Shown: one piece after another, positions 50,201 through 63,100 of the stretch | Layout of the letters: every line of letters starts with the position of its first letter | Position numbering within the stretch: the first letter of the stretch is position 1 | NCBI RefSeq assembly: GCF_002113885.1 | Contig: NW_018408919.1 | Location: 1,640,987-1,704,986, forward strand | Origin: Mizuhopecten yessoensis | Lineage: Eukaryota | DNA length: 64,000 bases | Direction of reading: 5' to 3' | Program-made: the position numbers and the translations under genes | Notes under the pieces: model-generated | What the model was told of the DNA's origin: nothing | Databases searched by the model: none | Seen by the model: the letters and a program-made list of their open reading frames with translations, nothing else

Positions 50201-53200
50201 TTTTGTTTTTAATTGTAGACTTGTAGTTTAATTAAACTTATTCATTGACAAATTTGGTCGAAAATGTTCCTAATGGGTCCAATCTGCTGTTAAGAATTAT
50301 ACCTCAAAGTAGTCTAACTAAACCATTTGTCTTTCAACACTTCCTCATACGCCACAATTGATGTATCGTCATACTTTATAAAGGCAAATTCACTGGACAA
50401 ATGGTGGCAACATAACGAGATTTTACTCTATGATTTAACCGATGGTTCAGTAACATGCATGTACAAACAAGAGGATCGTGGGCTTTAACGGTCACCTGAG
50501 TGCTAAACCGGATGTTATCGATGTTGCCAAATGAAAAAGAAATCATTTTGTAACAAAGGTAACTTGAACTACCTGTAATGCAAAAGTAGTGTGAAAGATC
50601 TGGGTAGTATATGTACTATGTACAAATAGTGGTTCTGTCTGTCAGCTGAATTATGTTAAAGCAACTTAAGACCCTTCCATCTATAAGTAAAGTTAACCTC
50701 CTCCCCAGGGGGAAACGTGAGACCAAAGGGTCAACAAATTCACAATTTTGGTGAAGCACATTAAGACCCGTTTATCTATGAAGAGTATTTGATTCTACCA
50801 TATCTGGATCTTGTGAAGAAGATTTTTGAAATTTTAGTCAGTTTAACTCTTTTTTGCCCCGCCCCTCAGGCTCCTTGGGGCTGGGGACCATATAATTCAC
50901 AATTAAACTATAAGTAAAGTTAACCTCCTCCCCAGGGGGAAACGTGAGACCAAAGGGTCATCAAATTCACAATTTTGGTGAAGCACATTAAGACCCGTTT
51001 ATCTATGAAGAGTATTTGATTCTACCATATCTGGGTCTTGAGAAGAAGATTTTTGAAATTTCAGTAAATTCAACCCGTTTTGGCCCCACCCATTAGCCCC
51101 TGGGGGTCAGTCAGGGCTGATATAAACTATAGTAAAGTTTACCTCCTCCCCAGGGGGAAACGTGATACCCCAGGGTCTTGAAATTCACAATTTTGTAAAA
51201 ACACCTTAAGACCCTTCCATTTATGAAGAGTATTTGATTCTACCATATCTGGGTCTTGAGAAGAAGATTTTTGAAATTTCAGTAAATTCAACCCTTTTTG
51301 GCCCCACCCATCAGCCCCTGGGGGTCAATCAGGGCTGATATAAACCATAGTAAAGTTTAACTCCTCCCCAGGGGGAAACGTGATACCCCAGTGTCATGAA
51401 ATTCACAATTTTGGAAAAACACCTTAAGACCCTTCCATTTATGAAGAGTATTTGATTCTACCATATCTGGATCTTGAGAAGAAGATTTTTGAAATTTTAG
51501 TCAATTTGACACCCTCCTCAGGACCCTGGGGGCTGGGGACCATTTAATTCACTGTATTTATGGACCTTTGGCCATGGAAGGTTTCTGCAAAATTTCATTG
51601 AAATTGGTTCAGGTACTTTGGAGAAAATGTCGAAAATGTAAATTGTTTAAGGACGCACGACGCACGACGCACGACGCCGGAAAAAGTTCGATCACGATAG
51701 ATCACTTGAGACTTTGTCTCAGGTGACCTAATAAAATGCATCTAAGTCATTGGTATTTATCTCAAATAAATCAGTCAATAATAGTACATATATCAATAAA
51801 TATACAGATAACTTTTTACCTTGTGCTTGTATTTTAGTGCAGTAAAAATTCAGTTCTGCTGGAATTTGTACCTCTGAAAGATTGCCACGGGATACATTCT
51901 GTTGGTTTTGCAGTAGTTGCTACCATATCCAATATAATACACAAGAATACAGCATCAGCAGAAATAAAGGAACATGTTTAAAATATTCCTTACACAAGGG
52001 TATCTATGAGAATCGTGGGTGTTCTGGATAGGCCCCTTTATAAACAATGTTTTCTCTATGATTCTAGTACTTTTCTTATCTATATTATTCAGTAAATTTT
52101 CATAAAATTTCACTATATACATGTATATACTGTTTTTTTGTAACAACTATGACTGTTTCTATCTTAGTGAAATATTTAATTTACGAAAATCAACATGGAG
52201 CAAAACAAACTTTAAAAAAGTAAATAAATAAAATATAAATGAATACAAGTATTAGCTTTCCAAAAACTAAGAGGGCTACCAACAGCATTATTTATTAGTA
52301 AGCAGTTATAGTACAGTGTGAGATAGATGGGTATGTAGAAGCTGGCGTAGTTATACTGATAATTTATTTAAAATATATATATAGGATTATTCCTCAAGGC
52401 CTGTACAAACCCTGTTACATAATATATACATGTGATTTCGTGTAAATGCCCTAACAGGGGCATCCATATCCAATAAGAAAGTGATAACATGAGTAGCATG
52501 CAACCAATGACTAGTACTACTTAAAATATTAGAATCAATGACAATTACAACGCAGGTCACACTTATACCAGATCCGGATTGTCAGGACCAGCATGTATTT
52601 TTTGGTATTTTTTAAAGTTATTGTGCAAGTTAGAAAAATTGTTATATAATTTAAAAGAACATATAAATACTTATACATAAATAAGAAAATTGAAAAAAAA
52701 AATTGGTTTAGTGACCCAGATCCTGCCAGGACCAAAACAGTCATTACTTAAACAAGGACAGGGAAAACCGGGACCAAATATTTATTTTAATTATAATTAA
52801 CTCAATTTTAAAGCTTATTTTATGTTGTTATTTCATGTAGGAAATACAAGAACACCATACTTAATGTTTAAATAAAATAAAAAAGATATGTTTCAAATAC
52901 TGTTTTTACTTGTTATTACGGCTTTTGTGATTTTGCTTTTTTACTAAAACCAGGTCTGGTAATGTCGTATGTTGGGTATGTTTTGGATTCCTGTTTCAAA
53001 TCATAATGCAATGCATATTTTTTTATACAAACTTGTGCTAAAATACATTTTTATTCAGGTCATATCAATTCATTAAGGTAGTTGCATTTAAAAACAAGAA
53101 AGAAACACATTAAAGCACTTGGTCCTGGTTTTCCGTCTAGTTCTGGTATTAGTATGAACCTGAAATGGCACAATTCGGAGCTCTCTGATTTTATCAATTC

Positions 53201-54592
53201 CCGACCATAACTTAACAACATCGCCGCCGTGCGTGGAATAGCAGAACAATGTCTTACAATCCTGTATGAACATGCGCATCTATCTGGCTTTATCCATCAC
53301 ATTTTGTTTGCAATTAATTTCCCCACTTGTACCTCTACGAATGGTGACATCACAGACAGCAGGTAACCAATCACTGCGTGTAAAGTATGTTATAATATAT
53401 GTTATATTTTCTTTGCTTCATCGTATCTTTTTGAAATGTTTGGCTGAAACGATCGTTTCTTCTTAAGAATTGACGAGAAAAATGAACACTTAGCATTGCT
53501 TGAAAGTGGATATCTTATTGCATCTGTGTGTGCTCTTAATAAAAATGTATATCTTACCTGAATCCCAACGCTGATTTTCTCAACCTGTCCGTCCGTATGA
53601 GTTTGTACCTGTCGGCATTCATTTACAGACGATCTCACCTCCAGGAGGAGCTCCAGTACAGTGTTGTCACGTGATTTATCGGAGTCAAGTATACCAACCA
53701 AACCTTTCTCTAGTTGTTGAAGTTTATCATTCACCTGGAAATATGTTTGATTGCTAGTTGAGTTGAATTCATTAGAATCATAAAACAGTCCTGTTTCGTT
53801 TGCCTATCGCAACGTGAACAATGTACATGTAACCACAGGTTTCGCGTCAAATATACAAAATTACTAAACATCAATGACGTCCTATTGTCTTTTTGTCGTA
53901 CGAGACGACTTATATGGGATCCTCTGCAGCATCGGGGATTTTTCGGTGTCTTCAACTTAAGGGACATCAAAGAGACCAAAATCGATCTGTTAACCACATT
54001 GCCACTTTGGATCTATTTTTTCCCTATTTCACTTGTCTACATTTTATTTTCGTTACTGTATACCTAGACATCCATAATCATATTTCCTTGGATGTTTCGA
54101 AGTCGTTAAACCCAAAATAAACAAACAAACAAGTAAAGAAACGAAAGAATCTATGAATTGGTGATCTCTGATCTGTTAACCATACAATATAATAATAATA
54201 ATAATAATCTAGCAGAAATCTCCTAAGCAGTTTAAGTGCCTGAAACACGTATGAGACAACTGCCACAGTTCATACAGTACCTTGGAAAGGTCAGTCTCCG
54301 TTTTAGCCAGCCTCCTACTAATTGACAAATGGCGAGCTTCCAGAATTTTGTTTACATCTTGGAGTTTGGAAATTTCTTCAGGCCCAGGTTTATTACCGGC
54401 AATAAACGGTCTAGGAGGTCCAGTAGTAGCATTTCCCATCGAACTCAATTGTCTGACCGTTGTTTGAAGTGTGTCTTTCATACGGTCGTTTGCATTCATC
54501 ATTTGGTTACTATCTTTAGTATAAGACAAAACACGATCCTTTAATAAATTATAAATTTCCTTAAGTGTTTGTTCCTCTCCACGTGCCGTCAT
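47256..54592 (-). CDS. Paralogue D: coiled-coil + Death domain + CARD protein, 407 aa, 6 coding exons
   Basis: Exons 54592-54281, 53734-53558, 51919-51820, 50103-49906, 47950-47672 and 47413-47256. GT-AG, phases 0,0,1,1,1; total 1224 nt to TAA. Introns and flanks align with B. Confidence 0.92.
47672..47950 (-). CDS. Paralogue D CARD exon
   Basis: 5 aa differences from the B CARD exon by my alignment; canonical splice sites. Confidence 0.92.
49245..49685 (-). mobile_element. Meta-domain-like SINE in intron 4 of D
   Basis: Same position and sequence as 25470-25905 in B. Confidence 0.65.
49906..50103 (-). CDS. Paralogue D Death-domain exon
   Basis: GKDFQMLGRTLNIEENVLQTI...EKFQQVIREWAK...IRDFLEAC. 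Confidence 0.87.
50466..51731 (-). mobile_element. HINE inserted in intron 3 of D (absent in B)
   Basis: Reverse complement of the 6068 family ends (CACTTGAGACTTTGTCTCAGGTGACCT; AACAAGAGG), (GACGCAC)n microsatellite and ~220-230-bp internal repeats. The B intron is uninterrupted at ~26680. Confidence 0.85.
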
Positions 54593-57365
54593 TTGTAAGT
54601 CGATTTAGAGTACCTGTCAACAAGAGTAGCTTAACATTATACATAATAGGGTATTGGTTACAAACATACCTTATTTAAGCTGCAACAAGCTCCCTAAAAG
54701 ATTGAATAGCGTGCTTGAATTTTAACCCCATGATGAGTTGTATTTTTTTTAAACCCTAATTTAGCATCGATCGATGTTGAGATTAACGTACGTAGTTATC
54801 AAAATATGCAATTACTTCGGAATAAGACATAAAGGCAGATTTCAAAATAAATACTTATTCGACATAATGACATGTCAGACTCTTCTGTTACCAAACTGAA
54901 TGGCGGTATAGCTTTCAACAGGTAGTTACTGTGAAATCATGCCTCCACATGAAGCAGGTATGAAAATAAACTGTACATATGGTGATATTTCGTAGCATTC
55001 TGATTGCTTAATGTAATATGTCGGTAAAATATGTTTTGAAGGTAGCAGTCTTTATGCCTTATTACAGATAAAGATAACTTAGCTCTAATTTCAATATATG
55101 TTGACGTTCTCTTTGCTTTCGTAAATGGGCACTGTTCAAAGTCATAAAGATGCCGAAGTAACAACATAGACAATAATACATAATATAATTCTACAAAAAT
55201 ATACATTTGTTTGTTTGTGTTTGCGAATGGCGTTAAATACACGCATGGTCACTACACTGCCTTTATATATAAAACCGAGAACAAGAAAATATCCCTCTTT
55301 CCATATGCATGGTTACAATGTCTGTCAGCGTCTAATATATTGTTTATTTCTGTCGATCTCGCGAATTTAACCTATCTATACCCTCCAAACACGTAGCATG
55401 TACATTTTGTACTTTCAATCAGTATCATTTAACCCATTGACACCTAATGACGCATTTGGACTACCTCAAATCAAAGGATAGTTTGTATTCAACTCAATTG
55501 AAAGGCGGCATATCAAGAGCGTTCGAAGTAGGTATTGACAATGCTCTGAATTTGCATTGGAATTCACAACATCAATTTGTGTTCCATAGTCAATCAAAGC
55601 TGGTTTATTTGGGCATCGTAGAGCCACAGAAAGTTGGTTGACCATTGCAGGACACAGAAATACGCCTCTGATATCTTCATTCACCTGTTCCTAAGGATCT
55701 TAGGAGTTCAGAAGCTGTGTGAACTGATCAATGGACAAAAATATAAGTTCTGTATAATCTATTTTCATACAATACAAACAAACACTCGAACATTCATGCG
55801 CTTAAACACAAATACGGTGGACAATATTATATAGCTACATGATAATAGCCCCCGACACCATGAAGCTATATCATTTCCGTTAATAGAACGGACGCTCAAA
55901 ACAACTGAGCTGCACTGTAACTGATCACAGGCGATCATCCAAGCTTTGTTTCGCTACACTTCATACTGTGTTAATGCACTTCTGCAATTCTGTTTTTTCT
56001 CCTTGTACATGACATGTGATATTATCGATAGGCTTGGGTATCCTTTTACTAGTATATTACTTCCTTCTACACCGATAACAAATAAGCCCCTGATAGAGAG
56101 ATATCTGATAACATTTACATTCCACCTCTTTTTCTGTACATAGATATGATAAACATGAACCCTTCACTTTACATAGACTGCCACCTCGAGTTATCATCAT
56201 CTCAAATTCAACTAATAACGCAACATCCCAGACGTTATGGTTGGCGTTCTAATGAACTATTTGACATATCTTAATATAACTTATATTAGTGGAATATACT
56301 TATTGTGATGTTCTGAATACTGTTGAGAAATCCACAAACTCCATCAAATCATTCGCTACACAGGTTTTAATCGAAGTCTTTATCGTCGTCACAAGCTCCT
56401 GTCCTAGTGAAACGACAATACTAGCTTCTACAATAACTGGCGTAAGTCATTAAACACTGTTAACTTTCAAGGTACATTTTTCATTTAGATATAAATCAAG
56501 ACATTTGTTGACTTACCATACATTCATTAAACTGAGCGATGTTACTATTTTTGAAGTTCTGGAACCTCAGCGGTGAAAAAATGTGTCGTTTCACTCGGTG
56601 ACATAAGTTATCGTACCTGTTACAAGTAGCCTATTATCGACTGTGCACACAGTACACACATCATATAATATATTTGTTTATCAATTATATTCAATACAAA
56701 TCAATGAAATCCATTTTAGTATCATATATTATATATGCACATTATATCTTGTATTTTTTGTGGCACTCAATTTACGATAAACCAATTTTACATAAAATAG
56801 ATTTTGATCTATAAATCCAATGTTAGTAAACAATGCTTATCTTTTTGAAAGATCCTGAAGACGTGTACGTGGTTGGTGGGGCTAAATTGTAAAAATAGAC
56901 CACCCATTGGTTTCAGCTTGTTGATAAACTTCCTGTTACTTTCACCATGACACTTGAAAACAACAAATCTTTAGAAATACATATGTAACCATATATTTGC
57001 ATCTTTTGTCGTTATATAAGTAAATAAATTTCCGATACATGTAATTTTGGTTATCAATTTCAATATAAAAAATCAATTGCAGTCGGGTTTTTTTGTTTAA
57101 TTTGATATTGTTAAGCATATAAAACTTTAAACAACCGCTATTATGTAATACAATTACTAAGAGTGGAAATTTACCGGTATAAAGCTTTATCAGCTTAATG
57201 ACATAGAGATGATTAATATGGTTTATCGGTATTTAAAACATCTTTCTATTTCAACTGCTTAAACTATTTGAGGTGATGATGCCCTGCTGCTAGTGTGTGT
57301 AATTGACTCTAATTCAGCCAGAAATTTGGCTGTTGGTGCAAGACCAAATAAGGTGAAATGCAAAC

Positions 57366-58385
57366 TGGAGAAATGTAGATCTATAAAATATGAAAATGTA
57401 GCAGAACATTGATCTATAAGATATTGAGAAATGTAGCAGAACATTGATATATACATTGTGCGAGAAATGTAGCAGAACATTGATATATACATTGTGCGAG
57501 AAATGTAGCAGAACATTGATATATACATTGTGCGAGAAATGTAGCAGGAGATTGATCTTTAAAATGTTGAGAAATGTAGCAGGAGATTGACCTATAAACT
57601 GTGGAGAAATGTAGCAGGAGATTGACCTATAAACTCAGGAGAAATGTAGCAGGAGATTGATCTTTAAATTGTGGAGAAATGTAGCAGGAGATTGACCTAT
57701 AAAATGTGGAGAAATGTAGCAGGAGATTGACCTATAAACTGTGGAGAAATGTAGCAGGAGATTGACCTATAAACTGTGGAGAAATGTAGCAGGAGATTTA
57801 TCTTTAAATTGTGGAGAAATGTAGCAGATGATTGATCTTTAAAATGTGGAGAAATGTAGCAGGGGATTTATATTTAAATTGTGGAGTAATGTAGCAGGAG
57901 AATGACCTTTAAAATGTGGAGAAATGTAGCAGGAGATTNNNNNNNNNNGAGAAATGTAGCAGGAGATTGACCTATAAACTGTGGAGAAATGTAGCAGGAG
58001 ATTGACCTATAAACTCAGGAGAAATGTAGCAGGAGATTGATCTTTAAATTGTGGAGAAATGTAGCAGGAGATTGACCTATAAAATGTGGAGAAATGTAGC
58101 AGGAGATTGACCTATAAACTGTGGAGAAATGTAGCAGGAGATTTATCTTTAAATTGCGGAGAAATGTAGCAGATGATTGATCTTTAAAATGTGGAGAAAT
58201 GTAGCAGGGGATTTATATTTAAATTGTGGAGTAATGTAGCAGGAGATTGACCTTTAAAATGTGGAGAAATGTAGCAGGAGATTTATCTTTAAATTGTGGA
58301 GTAATGTAGCAGGAGATTGATCTATAAATTGTGGAGAAATGTAACAGGAGATTGATCTATATATTGTTGAGTAATGTAGCAGATT
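57366..58385. repeat. Tandem minisatellite, 35-36-bp unit, containing a 10-N assembly gap (57939-57948)
   Basis: Unit GGAGAAATGTAGCAGGAGATTGACCTATAAACTGT; period 35 (57603 and 57638). Confidence 0.95.
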
Positions 58386-59699
58386 GATGTAGTAGCAGAG
58401 GTATAATATTTACTGTACCTGACCAGATCATCCAAGATGGAAGAACAGCAGACGATGTAAAACATCAACAAAAACTAGAACATAATGTGTCACTTTGACA
58501 CTAAAACACTTGAACCTTGTAGATATTTCCGGTAAAATGCATGGCGTGTAGAATAAGTTTATAAATACTGACGTATTACTCACGTTAAGTATTCGTGTTA
58601 TGTAAACCCTCCACCATCAAGTTACTAAGTTTAAGGTCAAAAGTATCATCCGATTTGAATATATATTTCCTTTTACAAAACGATAGGTTTCTTCACTCAC
58701 GACTTATTTGATAATACTGCTATGGGTTGGTAATCAAGTTTGGTTACCCACTAGTGGGTATCACACTGGACGTGGTTTCAATTATCAATCGTTCAATTAT
58801 GACGTAAATAATTATATTTTTGAACCATTATCTTCCATTGTGGCGACTGCCGCAAGGAAGCTTCGAACCCGCGACCAAGTAGGGAAGAGATAGTGATCGT
58901 AGACGGCCAGACGCCGAACTCACCTATACATAGTGGACCTTACAAAAACATGGCAGGTCATATACAACTTAAAACTGCAGCAGAAGTGTTTTACTTGCTC
59001 CACTATGTTTGACATCGTAGTCAAAATAACCACATATTTTTTACCAAAACATGCATAAGCTAGATATCGTACACTAATGTAAGCCGAAAAACTCGATGAC
59101 GTCGTCAAAACCAACCAGTCAGTCCAAATACACACTCTACAGCAATGCAAAGAGTAATCATAAACACAATAACCTACCATCACTTGTCGGGGAGCTTCTA
59201 CACAAATACTGGCACTGAAATGAAATGTTTGTGTTTATCATTTTTTACATATTAAGTTTTTTTTTAAATAAAACATATGTTTCTGTGCATATTGCGTATT
59301 TATTGTAGTTAGTATTCACAATTTGAATTTTTAGAAACAAAAATCAAATTAAGCATAGTAAAAAAAACGGGTTGAATTCTGTACGTAATCCTTTCCACTG
59401 TAAATCCTAAGGATCTTACATTCTAAGCTAGAAAAAAACTCCATTTATGTTGCTTTATCTTAACGATTATAATTGGCGCAGTGGTAATTTTTCACTTAAG
59501 GTCAAAGGCCATACATTTTCCCAGTATCCTGAGGTACTCCGACTATATGAGATGTACATGTATATAAGAACAGGAGGAAGCAGATGACCAGAGAAAGAGT
59601 GTTTCAGATATCTTTCTATNAGGGGGGGGGGCGCTTAAGTACGCATGCAATACCTAGCTCTGTATAATCCCAATTGATGTTTTAAAGGTCCCTATTCCT

Positions 59700-60120
59700 T
59701 GCGCCCCGACTGTGTCGTCTTCAAGGTGGTTCCAATCTGCGGCTGTTCAAAGAAAGAATGTGTTTCTGTATTGTTCCGTATTACTGTTGGGAATTACGAC
59801 TGTTCTGTTATTGTTCCTGATCGAATTTAGAATTGGTCTTGGAACTTCCGCTGTCGTGTTTTTCTTTTCTCCCGTTAGAAATGAATGAAGTCTTTGCTCG
59901 GCATTGATGGGATTTGCTCCTCCACGACCTCTGTTATTTTCGTTTTGATGCTAATGATAGGAGATGCAGATGTTTTGAGGAGTTCTGTCATAAATCCTTC
60001 TTCTCTTGTTCTATAGTCAATCTGGATGACACGCGCATCTGGATATAAGATAGCATATCTAGAAAACTTCCGTTAAAAGATTAACGAAAAGGATTCAGGT
60101 TAGAGATTACGAGATGGAAC
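59700..60120 (-). mobile_element. Degenerate 3' fragment of a CR1/L2-group LINE ORF2
   Basis: Minus-strand translation gives ARVIQIDYRTREEGFMTELL and NTEQYRNTFFL*TAADWNHL, matching the AARF..DY and Y.NSFF.RT..DWN.L motifs at the end of CR1/L2 RT proteins. It contains stops and frameshifts. Confidence 0.7.
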
Positions 60121-63100
60121 GTCCGTTTTGCAAAGACGACACAGGCCCCAGATAGGTGATGGAACAACGACCTCATATAAACGAGGAAGCATATGTTACT
60201 ATGTATACTATGGCCGCTTCTACCCTTTCTCCTGAACTTCTTCTTGATTTTGGAACCCCAATGCATTCACCGACCGAAGGGTGGTCTGTGCGTGCATGGT
60301 TGTCTATTCTTGCATCGTTCCACCTGACGAACGTCTGCAAATACTCGAAAAAAAATGGCCATGTCTTAATCGGTAACGCCCCTGGATTCCCTTTCTTCAA
60401 AAATTCCGCACCTGGTAAAAGCTACCTAGGCCAACTTTCGGTTCAGTAGTTTCCATCTTGTCCATGTTCTTTTTCAGTCATTACCCAACTGTCCCTACTT
60501 TTCTTGTGCCTTACTCTCCCTTACAGATCTTCCTTTCTATAAAAATTCTTCGTTGGTCTTTTGTTCCGTCCCCTCTCTCTAAATGCTATATCCCCAATTA
60601 CTGTCCTATGTCGGTCGTTCCGATGATGTCTCGGCACTTCAGATTGTCATCAGCTTGATTTACAGACTGATCCATCGACCTGTTCCCGAGTCTGTTTTTC
60701 TGTGTTCCTGATCTTGTCGGCCCTAGAATCAACCGTCTGATCTAAACGACTTTGAACTCCTTTATCACTGATGACAGAAGGTGCTGCAGTACTGATGAAC
60801 GTATGTAAGGCCCTTTTTTGGCAAAGCTAAGATGCGTAGGTACTGTAACAGTTGATGGATCTCTCCAGTCCTGCAACGTTGTCAGGGGAATCTCAAAATG
60901 CAGCAAATACCAAATGAGGCTCGGCAACAGCTAGTCCGTGTTGGAAGCTCCATGTCTTGTACTTCCATAGCAGGCCTGACTTGTCAATCTTCCTCATTCA
61001 CTCTACCGTGTGTTTCTTGCATAATAACTGATATGGTTGGTATTTTTTAGTAATGCTTCCAAGCATGCCCTTTGGAACATGATGTCAGTTATTCGCAATT
61101 AAAAGGATTTTCTCATCTTTGAATTTAATTTGAGCTGTTAAGATATTTGTCCTTTCCATATCATCATTCACCTAGATTTTCTTACCTCAAGTTTCATCCG
61201 CGTTCAGGAAATCACCTATCCCGGTGCAGCTAACCCATCGTGCGAGGAAATGTATGCGTGTACATGTACTTCTGGCCAGGTTATCAATATGTGTATTCCT
61301 TAGTTATTCCTTCTTATGACCTCTGGTTACCGTCCAGCTTCCTTGATAATGATATTCGACATTATTTCAAGGAGATTGGCAGATATATGGAGCAAAACCT
61401 GTTACTTTGCTTTTCTATAGATTTTACCATGATGTCGTAGTATTTTCTAGGCTATCGCCAAACTCGAGCTTTGTATATATCCCGTTGAAGCAAATTAAAG
61501 TAGCTGTAAATTTCATGACATACATGTATGGTATCAGATGCATTATTGAGAGAAGAGTTTCAAATAAGTGCCAGCAACAAACCCTTGCCCTTTCCCCAAT
61601 TAACCTCTCTGTTCAATGAAATCCCTTATGAAAGTCAATATCACCAACGAAGGAAAGCGAAAGGGGAAATTGTCACAGTTTATATATTTAGCTCCTAGTG
61701 AGCATGATTTCCATGGCCACTTCAAATGGGAAAAGTTGGAGTAATTAAGGCCTATTTCTGACTAGTTTATAGGGGACCTAAAACTGGAGAGAACTTATAT
61801 GTTTCTTGATGTGTAGTTTGGGTTCCTCGTCATGTTATGGGTAGAGTATACTTTGAAGGGAATAAGTTAGCATAAGTACAGCCAATACTTCTATGAAGCA
61901 CGTCACTTCTCATTATAATAAAAACCCGTCTATTTGCTGGTATTCACTCCGTGTATTTGGTGCTCTCTTCACGTCATTTGATTCCCGTTGTGTAGACAGA
62001 CCGTGTATAAAAGTGTTTGATGGAGCCTGATGACTTCGTCGTTATCTTTTAGATCTAATATTGTGCATATCGAGATTCCTGTCTAGCTACACATATACCA
62101 GATCATTCCCTGTAGTTTTTCATACAAACAGTAACCACTCCATAAATTCGTTTCAAATTAACTGTATTTGACTTGGCCAGGGTCAACCGTATTGCATTTG
62201 GTCCAAGGTTGAAATCGCGGTTCATCATATCGAGCAGTACAGAATTATTATTTTCTAAAACTAAAGATTTATGAATCTGTTCGATGGGGTAATGCATCAA
62301 TTATGCAAATGAGACTACACGGACGTTTTCGATTTCAAGTGTCTGAATAGAAAAGTGACTCAAATGGATCATGGTGGGCCTAAATCTTGCATCATATTTA
62401 AATGGGTAATTTAATGTAATATTAAAATATGTGTCATTTGTTTTTTGTCTATTTTTTCAATTTAGCTTTAAAGAAATTTAGCTTTAAAGATGTAATCCAC
62501 AATCTAATATAGTTTGCAGAAATACATGCATCATGTATCATAATATAACTTAATACATAAATCGTTATACTAAACTGATGAGCACGTGCAAATATGGAAA
62601 TATGTACAATAAGACATGATAAATATATCACACCAAGAAATAATGTTTTGATTAAACAAAAAATCTGCGGCTGTTGTATCCTTAATGCTACAAAATATCG
62701 GGCATGCGTAATGGCATAGCAAATGTACTTCCGTCCCTCAGTATTTGTTTACCTTTTTTGACAGTCCCTACTGTCCTACTGGCAACACGCGCTTGCAGTC
62801 CGTTAGAAGAAGTAGTCAAATTATCTGGATAACAAAGGTAAGTCATAAACTACAAAATTGACCGTGATACTAATTCAATATTGATAAGATGTTCTAGAAT
62901 GTGAACAGATATAAATAAAAATGTTTTTTTACATTTGTGGACTTTGATCTGTATTCCAATTTATCAACAAATCGACATGCGCAAAAAAATCGCGGCCGTT
63001 TTGTTGTTTTCTATGTTTGTTGATTAAGGCCTACTGCAAATCCATTCGCTTCATGTTGGAGGAGGTATTACACCTATTATGAACTTAGCTGATTATTATT

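Noticed and set aside
12098-54544. Plus-strand ORFs overlapping the exons (e.g. 12098-12337, 24278-24511, 32627-32890, 47753-47986)
   Set aside because: These are antisense shadows of the real minus-strand exons; their similarity to each other follows from paralogy.
11376-54592. Naming the genes CRADD/RAIDD, CARD9, MAVS or an NLR
   Set aside because: The domain order is DD then CARD after a coiled coil, with no NACHT, LRR, transmembrane anchor or N-terminal CARD. No gene symbol is supportable.
57366-58385. Apparent higher-order duplication in the 35-bp array and repetitive ORF 57259-57528
   Set aside because: The matching unit series flank a 10-N gap, so this is probably overlapping contig ends. 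The ORF is a translation of the repeat.
60120-62300. More GC-balanced segment with short ORFs as a host gene or viral insert
   Set aside because: All frames I tried are interrupted and I could not recognise any motif. It is probably decayed TE sequence next to the LINE remnant; TBLASTX or Dfam would be needed.
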